DNA of 50,372 bases from an uncultured Nitrosomonas sp. (GTDB lineage: Bacteria > Pseudomonadota > Gammaproteobacteria > Burkholderiales > Nitrosomonadaceae): positions 1 to 50,372 of the forward strand of contig CAXBGL010000001.1 in NCBI GenBank assembly GCA_963975255.1. Reading direction: 5' to 3'. Position 1 is the first letter of the stretch; each line of letters begins with the position of its first letter. Below are positions 42,081-50,372 of this stretch, in pieces. A model generated the notes under the pieces. The model saw only the letters and a program-made list of their open reading frames with translations, searched no databases and was not told where the DNA came from. Position numbers and translations under genes: made by a program.

Positions 42081-44468
42081 CTAAGCAAGTGTTAGTGTAT
42101 CTGCTGCTTCTGTGAATGTCGCTGTAGAAAGATCCAACGTTCCAGTCAGCTTAACTGCTTGATCAGTTGCCAGGAATGTAGCGCCCGCAGTGTTATCTTC
42201 AACTGCATAGGTGTCAGTGCCAAATTGGAACCATTTCACTAAAGAGTTAGTACTACCATCTCCTGCAGCTGCCAGATCCAATGCTGCCGCAAGATTCGCT
42301 GCGCCAGATACATCTACTTTAGCTGTGGTAAAGACACCGGTACCATTGAAGGTTGCAAATTTAATGATATCCCCTGAAGAAAAATCAGTAATTCTAGGCA
42401 GCAAAGCAGTTGCTGAAGTACCACCAAGCGCAACGCTAATATCAAATGTATCCGCACCCGCATTACCCGTCATGGTTGCACCGTTAACACTTGATGTCAG
42501 GTTATCTGCAGCACTACCACCTTTGATAATGTCACCCAAACCACTCCCTGCAGCAAATGCTGTTGCATTACCAACTATAGTTAATGCACCGGTCATGGCA
42601 GAACCATCAAATTGTGATCCCGTTGCGGTTGCAGCTGTTGCATTGGTAATCGTCAACCCTGCAGAACCTGTAAGGGTATAGACACTGTTGTCTGCATTGG
42701 CTAAAGTAGTAATGATATTGGTGACGCCAGTCGTTCCATTGGTACTTAAAGCAACCGCTGTTTGACCAATTGACAATGCTGTCGATGTGATTGCAGCGTT
42801 TGTGCCTGAACCAATGTCAACACTCAGATCATTCACGCCAACAGCGCTACTATATGTTTGTGCGGTTGAAGATGCGTTCAGCGCAACATTCGCACCGGTT
42901 GACATATTAGAGATCACATTTGTCAGCCCCGCTGTATCAATCGCATATGATTTTACTGAGGTGATGGAAGAACCATCAAGTGTTAAGTTGGCATTTAAAC
43001 CCAGCACTTCAAAGTTTGTTATTGCATTAATCGCCGTTGTCTCTGCGGCAGTTAAAGCGGTATCAAAAATACCCAGCTTGTCCTTGGTACCCGCACCGCC
43101 ATCAAATTGACTACCCGCTGTCAACGAACCCATATTATTGTCAGCAACGGTAATTGAATCATCAGCAGCGCCACCTTTAAATGTAAAAGCTGCTTTTGTC
43201 GTGCCGGCTGCTGTGTTGACGTTAACACCTCCAGCTGTAGTTGCACTGGCATCAATACCGTTTAGCGCAGCAGAGTCAGCCGCTGCTGTTGCATAGGTAA
43301 GCTTTTGATCCCCCGTTACCACATGATTTAATGTGGCGGTAGGCCCCGTTAATATACTTATTCCGTTAGTCGCACCCGTTGAGTTGATGTTTAATGTGGT
43401 CGCTAAAGCACCAGTAACAGTTAAAGCATCAGCTACTACGCCAACCCCACCTTGATAACCTTTAAGAATAAGGTTCAAAGCAGCATCCGTTGCAGAAGCA
43501 GCCCATATTACGGCGCCTGCAGTCGCCCCATTCGCGCCACCAGTTGACAGGCTTAAAGTTTGCCCAGTGGTAGTTGTAATCGTATCGCCATTCAATAATG
43601 AAGCATTACCAAGTTCAATTTTCTCAATACCTTGGCCCGCTTTGGTCAGGCTCGTAAAGTTTTGAGCACCCGCAGCTACATTCGCAACAAATAGATTCTC
43701 GATATTCGAGAGATTACCTGTCGCTGAAGTGCCAGCAGTAAATGCACCGAATATTTGAAACGTATCAGTTCCACCACCACCGTTTATTTGATCCGCGGCG
43801 TTAATAGTAGGAGCAGCACCGGTTAAATCACCAATTACAATATCATTACCAGAAGTGCCCGTTATATCATCCGTAGCAGCAGTTAGCACGAATGTTTGAC
43901 TTTGACCACCACCTGAACCAGTCTGAGCCAAAAGTGCATCAATTTCTGTCTGGGTAAGTGCTGCTGTTCCTGCTGTTGCCAGTGTTACATTAGACAATAC
44001 ATTTTGTAGTTCACTTAAATCATTTGAAGAGCTACCGTTTGAAAATGATTTCGCAACCGCAGCTTTATTATTTAATAAAGTCTGTGCTGGGACAAATAAG
44101 GGATCTGTCGTCGCATTCAAGAAGACCACGGAATCATAAACAATCTTACCAAAACCGACACCGGCATCAAGCTGTGCAGTAAAGAAAGCTTCAGCCTGTG
44201 CATCAGCGCTGGCTGGATCAGTAGAGCCCACAGTCAGGCCAAAATTATCCATCAGCACACCAACCTGTGCAGTCGTTGTCACCTTACCAGCCAAAATGCC
44301 ATTGGTAAATATTGAGGTTTGTGCTAAACCATCAGCAAGTTGTGGCAGGGTCGTACCAGCGTCAACTAAATTAGCTAGGTCAGTCAGATTACTGCCGCCA
44401 GGTGCTGCATTAAACAGGCCTGCAACAATCTTTAAAATGTTACTTTCTTGTTCGGTAGTTATAGCCAT
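42081..44468 (-). CDS. RsaA-like S-layer protein (type I secretion substrate)
   Basis: 795 aa, Thr/Ala/Gly-rich, no Cys seen, no Sec signal; RTX-like nonapeptides (GTSGNDIVI, GGGGTDTFQ, GGAADDSIT, GNAGADTFD); C-terminus WFQFGTDTYAVEDNTAGATF..AVKLTG..TLTLA resembles the Caulobacter RsaA secretion-signal region; SD AAGGGAG. Confidence 0.85.
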   Translation of the reverse strand: MAITTEQESNILKIVAGLFNAAPGGSNLTDLANLVDAGTTLPQLADGLAQTSIFTNGILAGKVTTTAQVGVLMDNFGLTVGSTDPASADAQAEAFFTAQLDAGVGFGKIVYDSVVFLNATTDPLFVPAQTLLNNKAAVAKSFSNGSSSNDLSELQNVLSNVTLATAGTAALTQTEIDALLAQTGSGGGQSQTFVLTAATDDITGTSGNDIVIGDLTGAAPTINAADQINGGGGTDTFQIFGAFTAGTSATGNLSNIENLFVANVAAGAQNFTSLTKAGQGIEKIELGNASLLNGDTITTTTGQTLSLSTGGANGATAGAVIWAASATDAALNLILKGYQGGVGVVADALTVTGALATTLNINSTGATNGISILTGPTATLNHVVTGDQKLTYATAAADSAALNGIDASATTAGGVNVNTAAGTTKAAFTFKGGAADDSITVADNNMGSLTAGSQFDGGAGTKDKLGIFDTALTAAETTAINAITNFEVLGLNANLTLDGSSITSVKSYAIDTAGLTNVISNMSTGANVALNASSTAQTYSSAVGVNDLSVDIGSGTNAAITSTALSIGQTAVALSTNGTTGVTNIITTLANADNSVYTLTGSAGLTITNATAATATGSQFDGSAMTGALTIVGNATAFAAGSGLGDIIKGGSAADNLTSSVNGATMTGNAGADTFDISVALGGTSATALLPRITDFSSGDIIKFATFNGTGVFTTAKVDVSGAANLAAALDLAAAGDGSTNSLVKWFQFGTDTYAVEDNTAGATFLATDQAVKLTGTLDLSTATFTEAADTLTLA

Positions 44469-44615
44469 GGGAGCTCCCTTGATTATTAAAATAAAAAAAT
44501 TTATATCGAAAGTAAATTACTTGCAAGTTTTTCACTTTTCACTCTGCTATGTGTGTACCTGCCATGACAGACAAACATCTATAAGAATATTACCACAAAA
44601 GCTAAGCAAGGTCGG

Positions 44616-44644
44616 ATTCTGCCGAAAAAATACAATGGTTGCAA
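44616..44644 (-). promoter_or_regulatory. Candidate sigma70 promoter of the S-layer gene
   Basis: TTGCAA-17 bp-CAGAAT; would give a leader of about 140 nt. Confidence 0.4.
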
Positions 44645-44984
44645 GCATTACATCATTATTCTCAAACCAGTTTCATGGTTTTTACAACACCAGCCCGTAT
44701 ATTTAACCAATACATTAAGTATTCAGCCTTACCCTATATGATTATTGCTTTTTATATAATTGAGCTAAGGTGTCATTTGTCACCATCGTTTTACTTGCTG
44801 GTTTTTTACTTACTCTGTCAGAACAGACTTTCACTAAACACCCAATAATTGGTGAGTTTTTTGATCCAGGCAACAGAATATATAGTAAAAACAGCATTCT
44901 TAAACTATTAATTAGCCAGCAAATACAGTTCAATTCTTCTTTTAACTGCAATTAAATCAAAAATGAGCGGATAATTTTCTTCTA

Positions 44985-45025
44985 TTGACAACAAACTATA
45001 TCATATAATAATGAGAATGATTACT
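44985..45025 (+). promoter_or_regulatory. Sigma70 promoter overlapped by a Fur box
   Basis: TTGACA (44985-44990); AATAAT at 16-bp spacing; AATAATGAGAATGATTACT (45007-45025) matches GATAATGATAATCATTATC at 14/19. Confidence 0.6.
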
Positions 45026-45057
45026 ACTCAGAAACGATAAGCTCGGACCTTACTTTT

Positions 45058-45193
45058 GGCTATGTCGCAATTAACTATTGGTTTTTGTTAACTCTCTAAT
45101 ATTGTACTTTAATTATTGAGGCTATCAAGCCCATGGTTAATAAGGGTTTTATGAATTCTTAAATCAAATTCAACATTTAATTGTGACATAGCC
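45058..45193. mobile_element. MITE copy 2 (136 bp)
   Basis: Same TIRs as copy 1; own 8-bp target duplication TTACTTTT (45050-45057, 45194-45201); differs from copy 1 by 5 substitutions and a 2-bp indel. Confidence 0.92.
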
Positions 45194-45315
45194 TTACTTT
45201 TTCCCTTATAAAACTTGCTCCATCATTTGTGCAGTAATTTCCAATATCCTGCATGCCGCATCTGCGATAATCACAGCATTTACTCCAAACCATTTAATTT
45301 TGCACCCATTACGCA

Positions 45316-46146
45316 ATGCGCCTAATAAAATCTGTTTTGTTCGATATATTCCTGAGTGCTTGGCAACATTACCCACTGATACTACAAATGATCAAACGAG
45401 AGGTTATTGGACGTTACAGAGGCTCATTTCTTGGTTTATTGTGGTCATTTGTCAATCCCATTTTAATGCTGACGGTCTACACTTTTGTGTTCAGCGTTGT
45501 CTTCAAGGTTCGCCTGAATCAGGATAGCGGTGATCACGGTGACAATCAATTTGCCTTCGCATTGTTATTATTTGCAGGATTAATCGTATTCAATCTATTT
45601 TCTGAATGTATTTCACGCGCACCGGGGTTAATCCTAACTAATGTCAATTATGTCAAAAAGATCATTTTCCCGCTGGAAATCCTACCTTGGGTGACGCTAG
45701 GTTCCGCAATCTTTCATGCGGGAATCAGTTTACTGGTGTTACTGGTATTTTTATTGACGATTGGCCATAATATTTATTGGACGCTATTCTGTCTGCCGCT
45801 TATTGTGCTTCCATTGCTGTTGCTCATTATGGGATTATCCTGGCTATTGGCATCAATTGGTGTATTTGTACGCGACATCAACCAATTTATTGGTCTAATA
45901 TTAACCACACTCCTATTCATGAGTCCCATTTTCTATCCTGCAACAGCGCTGCCTGAATCGATACGTAGTTATTTATTTCTCAATCCACTCACCTTTATCA
46001 TTGAACAAACACGCGCAGTCATTTTATTTGGCAAATTACCTGATTGGGATGGCTTAGTTGTTTATTATGCAGTCGCTATTCTAGTCGCTTGGGCTGGTTT
46101 ATTTTGGTTTAAGAAAACACGCAAAGGTTTTGCCGATGTCCTTTAA
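45316..46146 (+). CDS. wzm: Polysaccharide ABC exporter permease (Wzm)
   Basis: RYRGSFLGLLWSFVNP, NYVKKIIFPLE, MSPIFYP, NPLTFIIE. Confidence 0.93.
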   Translation: MRLIKSVLFDIFLSAWQHYPLILQMIKREVIGRYRGSFLGLLWSFVNPILMLTVYTFVFSVVFKVRLNQDSGDHGDNQFAFALLLFAGLIVFNLFSECISRAPGLILTNVNYVKKIIFPLEILPWVTLGSAIFHAGISLLVLLVFLLTIGHNIYWTLFCLPLIVLPLLLLIMGLSWLLASIGVFVRDINQFIGLILTTLLFMSPIFYPATALPESIRSYLFLNPLTFIIEQTRAVILFGKLPDWDGLVVYYAVAILVAWAGLFWFKKTRKGFADVL

Positions 46147-47407
46147 ACCCACATCACCGAAAATTGCTATTCAGGCAAGCAATTTATGCAAGTGTTACCA
46201 GCTTTATAACCAACCTATAGATCGCTTGAAACAATTCTTATGGCGTGGTAAACGCCAGTATTACCGTGAATTATGGGCACTGCGTGATATTAATTTCACC
46301 GTGGCTCCTGGCGAAGTGATTGGTATCGTTGGGCGCAATGGCTCTGGAAAGTCAACATTACTTCAATTGATATGCGGCACCTTGACGCCAACCAGCGGAC
46401 AAGCACAAGTAACAGGACGAATCGCTGCATTATTGGAACTGGGCACGGGTTTCAATCCCGAATTCACTGGGCGTGAAAACGTACTGATGAGCGCAGCTAT
46501 TATGGGTCTGAGTCAAACTGAAATTGCTGCACGTATTGAAGATATCATTGATTTCTCAGGTATCCCCAATTTTATTGATCAGCCAGTCAAAACTTATTCC
46601 AGTGGCATGTATGTACGGCTGGCATTTTCTGTAGCCATTAATGTTGATCCTGATATCCTGGTCATTGATGAGGCATTGTCTGTCGGAGATGGTGCATTCG
46701 CCCGCAAATCATTTGACCGAATTATGCAAATGCGTGATGCAGGCAAAACGATCTTATTTTGTTCGCATTCGATGTTTCAGGTCGAATCTTTGTGTGCACG
46801 TGCGCTTTGGATCAATAATGGCCAGATTATGGCAGATGGCGAATCAGCTCAAGTCGTATCAGCCTATCAAGGATTTCTGGATAAAAGTATACTGGACGCC
46901 AGTACTGAAACACCCAGCAATAGCGACATCCCGGCAACCACAGCAGAGTTTGCGCATGCACGTGACAGCGCACATCTTGAACAAGTCAATATAAAGGTAG
47001 ATGGAATAAATAGTCAAAATATGGTCGTTACCAGCGGCAAATCAAACATTTCGGTACAGATGACTTTTGCTTCTGATCCTACGTTACCTTGCCCAAACGT
47101 TGCAGTCACTTTACACACGATGGATCGACGTACCATAACCAGTGCAGCTACCTGGGAAGACAACATCTCCTTGCAGCGTGCTGCAGATGGATCAAGCCAG
47201 GTTTTTCTTACTCTTGACCAAGTACCATTACTAAAAGGTGAATACTTGGTAAGCGCCTATTTATTATGCGAGCGCGGTTTGCACGTTTATGATTCTGCTG
47301 AAGGAGTCGTTACTTTAACAGTACAGCAAACGGGCAGATTACAAGGCTACTTCGCGATTCCGCATAAATGGGAAAATGGCACGACAACCGTCAATCATGA
47401 AAATTAG
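46136..47407 (+). CDS. wzt: Polysaccharide ABC exporter ATPase with C-terminal Wzt_C-like domain
   Basis: GRNGSGKST, YSSGMYVRLAF, DEALSVGD, plus an approximately 150-aa Ig-like C-terminal domain. Confidence 0.93.
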   Translation: MSFKPTSPKIAIQASNLCKCYQLYNQPIDRLKQFLWRGKRQYYRELWALRDINFTVAPGEVIGIVGRNGSGKSTLLQLICGTLTPTSGQAQVTGRIAALLELGTGFNPEFTGRENVLMSAAIMGLSQTEIAARIEDIIDFSGIPNFIDQPVKTYSSGMYVRLAFSVAINVDPDILVIDEALSVGDGAFARKSFDRIMQMRDAGKTILFCSHSMFQVESLCARALWINNGQIMADGESAQVVSAYQGFLDKSILDASTETPSNSDIPATTAEFAHARDSAHLEQVNIKVDGINSQNMVVTSGKSNISVQMTFASDPTLPCPNVAVTLHTMDRRTITSAATWEDNISLQRAADGSSQVFLTLDQVPLLKGEYLVSAYLLCERGLHVYDSAEGVVTLTVQQTGRLQGYFAIPHKWENGTTTVNHEN

Positions 47408-49214
47408 TCATGAATTGGCTCAAACCAATACACAGCCATATCGGCAGAACACCAATATGACGACAGGTTCCACGCAAATACCTTCACCCTATCAAGACTT
47501 AACTTTTCCCCTGAATGTCTATGCACACACACAAATGTTACAAGACGGTGTGTGTGATTCGCTACATTACGGATTATTCCAACGCAAAAACAATGACTTT
47601 CAGACTGCTCAGCAATATTCAACAGAACTGCTCATAGCGCAGCTCCCTCCGCCTCCTTGTCGTATTCTCGAAGTGGGCGTTGGTTTGGGCACAACCTTTG
47701 CCTTGCTCACCCAACAGGGTTATCAAGTCCACGGCCTTACCCCCGATGCACAAGAGGTTGCCTATATACTTAAGTATTTTGGTGAGCAAGTTCCGGTTAT
47801 TTGGCAACAGCTGGAAGATTTTGAGGCCAAAACAAATAGCTTTGATGTAATTCTGTTTCAGGAATCAGCACAACATATTGAACCACTGGTAATTTTCAAT
47901 AAGGCAATTGATTTACTGGATACTTCGGGCCATTTAGTAATTATTGACACCTTTGCTCTGAAACACGGTGAGACGGTGGCAGAAGAATTATACTTACTCG
48001 CTGATATGGTAACCCTAGCCGAACGATTCGGTTTTGAACTGGTTAAGCAGTTGGATTTATCCAGCATGGCTTTGCCCACCTTAGCATATAGAATACAAAC
48101 AACGAATAGACATCGGCGACGTTTGATCAAAGATCTTGCTCTGAGTGACCAAAAACTGGATCAACTGAATGCATCAAATCTGGCCTATCAAAATAAATTT
48201 ACAAGTGGCCGTTATGGTTACGGTTTATTACATTTCAAAAAAAAATCATTCCCTAAATGGCGCCCAGGCCTTCTTAAAAAGAATCAAGCTATTGAAATGC
48301 TTAGTCTATTTAAAAAAACATTTCATCACAGCATGACACCCACCACTTGGCAGTGGAAGTATGGCGGAGCGCTGGAACGTGAAATAGGGATATGGCGAGG
48401 CGATCAGCTAATCGGGCATTATGGTGGCATCAGCCGAAATATCCTTTTCTTTTCCCAACCTCAAATTGCGGTGCAGATTGGTGATGTGATGGTGGACAGT
48501 ACAGAACGTGGCATACTCACTAAAAAAGGGCCTTTTTTTCTGATGGCAGCAACCTTCCTGGAGCGCTACATTGGATATGGCAAACCATTTTTATTGGGTT
48601 TTGGTTTCCCGAATGAACGGGCTATGAAAGTTGCGGAACGACATGGATTATATGCTGAAGTTGGACGTATGATTGAATACTCCTGGAAACCCTTACCAAA
48701 ACTACCACGATGGGGAACCAGACTATGTACGATTAATTGCATAGAAGATGAGTGGACTGCCGCAGCCATTGATACGTGTTGGCAAAAAATGGCTAAAGAT
48801 CTGTGCGGTGCAATCGTCGGCGTACGTGATAGGCACTACCTACATCATCGATATCTCAGCCATCCAAGCCAGCGCTACCAGGTTATCCTGGTAAAAAACC
48901 GTTTTGGTGAGCGAGTACGTGGGATATTGGTGCTACGCCACGACCTGGATGGCTGTGAAATCATAGATATTGTGGCAGCACTAACTGAAATCCCACTGTT
49001 GGTTATTCATGCCAGACGGTTGGCTGGTATTGGCGGTCACAGTCGCGTGTTCTGCCGCATAACAGCGAATTTTGCCGCGCATTTTGTTACGACTGGTGGT
49101 ATCTGCCAAGAATTGGATATCCGTATTCCAACCAACGTCTGGAGTAATGGTCCGTCACCGCATAAAATAAACAATTGCTGGTGGCTGATGAGCGGCGACA
49201 CAGATTTCAGATGA
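47397..49214 (+). CDS. Fusion of class I SAM-dependent methyltransferase and GNAT-family acyltransferase
   Basis: N-half LHYGLF..ILEVGVGLG..FDVILFQESAQHI; C-half WQWKYG..GHYGG..QIGDVMV..RG..GFGFPN..RYL.HP..GDTDF. Start uncertain (47376, 47397 or 47457). Confidence 0.82.
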   Translation: MKISHELAQTNTQPYRQNTNMTTGSTQIPSPYQDLTFPLNVYAHTQMLQDGVCDSLHYGLFQRKNNDFQTAQQYSTELLIAQLPPPPCRILEVGVGLGTTFALLTQQGYQVHGLTPDAQEVAYILKYFGEQVPVIWQQLEDFEAKTNSFDVILFQESAQHIEPLVIFNKAIDLLDTSGHLVIIDTFALKHGETVAEELYLLADMVTLAERFGFELVKQLDLSSMALPTLAYRIQTTNRHRRRLIKDLALSDQKLDQLNASNLAYQNKFTSGRYGYGLLHFKKKSFPKWRPGLLKKNQAIEMLSLFKKTFHHSMTPTTWQWKYGGALEREIGIWRGDQLIGHYGGISRNILFFSQPQIAVQIGDVMVDSTERGILTKKGPFFLMAATFLERYIGYGKPFLLGFGFPNERAMKVAERHGLYAEVGRMIEYSWKPLPKLPRWGTRLCTINCIEDEWTAAAIDTCWQKMAKDLCGAIVGVRDRHYLHHRYLSHPSQRYQVILVKNRFGERVRGILVLRHDLDGCEIIDIVAALTEIPLLVIHARRLAGIGGHSRVFCRITANFAAHFVTTGGICQELDIRIPTNVWSNGPSPHKINNCWWLMSGDTDFR

Positions 49215-49234
49215 GGTATTGAATTACAACAGTC

Positions 49235-50338
49235 ATGATCTCAGTCATTCTAGTCAATTATAAAACTGCCGTACTTTTGCTTGGTGCCGTTTCTTCAATA
49301 CAGACACAGGAAGGGGTGGGCAGTGTAGAAATCATTGTCGTGGACAACAGTGTTTCGGATCATGAAGATAAGTTACTGAGGGCACAATTACCCAGTGAGG
49401 TGACTTATATTCGAAATAAGGAAAACACGGGATTTGCAAAAGCCTGCAATCAAGCATTTGCGCGTTCCAGTGGCGATTATGTCCTGTTACTCAACCCAGA
49501 TGCGCGTCTATTACCCGCAGCATTATCGCATCTTGTAAACAGTATTGAAACACGCCCTGATGCGGGAGCTATCAGCCCACGAGCATATTGGGATGATGCT
49601 TGCCAATTTTTACTCCCCCCCAGCACCTTTCCATCCCTGACTAACCTCTATGGTAAGGCAATGGCGCGTTTGCACCCCATTTTTGCCCAACACCAAGCAC
49701 TTGCATTTCGCAAATTGGCATTGCAATTATGGACAAGTAAGGAAGTCATACAAATGGAGGCTTTATCAGGAGGTCATGTTCTGCTCCGTCGAAAAGCATT
49801 ATTGGAATGCGGTGGCTTATTTGATGAACGTTTTTTTACGTATTGGGAAGATACTGATCTCATGCAGCGATTACGCATAGCGGGTTATCGCTGTTATGTC
49901 GATTCTGCTGCCAGTTGCTTACATTACTATGAGCACACACCAAATAAAGACCACTTAATTGGACAAGGCTGGCCCATATATAAAATGAAACACCTGCAGG
50001 GAAAACTACGCTTTCAATTTTTAAATTGGCTTGAAAAATATTTACCGCCTGTTTACCTACCCGATTTCGAACCATTGGAAATCGAAAGAAATATGCTGCG
50101 TTTTCCAGTGCCGACTGCACTCACAAAGTCATGGCTACTCGAGTTAAGTCCCTCACCTCAATTTATTCCAGCAGTGGGCTATTTTGGCAATGGCTCAACT
50201 GCTGAGGTTAACTTCTCACTTTGGTCAAGATTACATGAGAACACTTATTTTGCACGGCTGTCTGCACCCGTACCCAAACCTGATTTAATGTTTTACTGGC
50301 AGTGGAAAGGCTATTCAAATTCACTACTGTCCCGTTAA
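49235..50338 (+). CDS. GT2 family glycosyltransferase (WbbL-like)
   Basis: ISVILVNY, VVDNS, NTGFAKACN, LLNPDA, FDERFFTYWEDTDL. Confidence 0.93.
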   Translation: MISVILVNYKTAVLLLGAVSSIQTQEGVGSVEIIVVDNSVSDHEDKLLRAQLPSEVTYIRNKENTGFAKACNQAFARSSGDYVLLLNPDARLLPAALSHLVNSIETRPDAGAISPRAYWDDACQFLLPPSTFPSLTNLYGKAMARLHPIFAQHQALAFRKLALQLWTSKEVIQMEALSGGHVLLRRKALLECGGLFDERFFTYWEDTDLMQRLRIAGYRCYVDSAASCLHYYEHTPNKDHLIGQGWPIYKMKHLQGKLRFQFLNWLEKYLPPVYLPDFEPLEIERNMLRFPVPTALTKSWLLELSPSPQFIPAVGYFGNGSTAEVNFSLWSRLHENTYFARLSAPVPKPDLMFYWQWKGYSNSLLSR

Positions 50339-50372
50339 CTTTCACACCAAGTCCATCTGGCAATTGTTAGCA

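Noticed and set aside
42211-43110. Long antisense ORFs opposite the S-layer gene (and opposite trkA, ntrX, cyclophilin)
   Set aside because: Shadow frames caused by codon bias of the real genes; no SD and no recognisable motifs.
44639-44955. Three 61-69 aa ORFs in the S-layer/wzm spacer
   Set aside because: They overlap one another, lack SDs and have no recognisable features; not supportable as genes.

Overview
A low-GC (roughly 40-45% by eye) chromosomal segment from an ammonia-oxidising betaproteobacterium (Nitrosomonadaceae, probably Nitrosomonas-like). Left: a secreted cyclophilin, a decayed copD whose C-terminal cytochrome c/redoxin half survives as an intact ORF (copC absent), and a complete amoCAB-amoE-amoD ammonia monooxygenase cluster on the minus strand. 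Middle: housekeeping genes (pilG, trkHA, IMPase, redoxin, rsmE, argA, yggX, tkt-gap-pgk-pyk-fba, ntrYX, rsmB, fmt, def, LysM/TsaP, dprA, smg, topB, aroA-cmk-rpsA-ihfB-lapA-pyrF). Right: an RsaA-like S-layer gene divergent from a wzm-wzt-(methyltransferase/GNAT fusion)-GT2 surface-glycan operon. Structure not shown by the ORF track: two copies of a ~135-bp IS1595-like MITE with 17-bp TIRs and 8-bp target duplications, each carrying a leftward sigma70-like promoter (one between the amoB terminator and amoE, one upstream of the S-layer/wzm genes); a 19-nt motif shared by the amoC and amoA leaders; a Fur-box promoter; and a degenerate tandem duplication of the S-layer 3' terminator region. No rRNA, tRNA or CRISPR array was seen. 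All family assignments come from motif recognition, not database searches.
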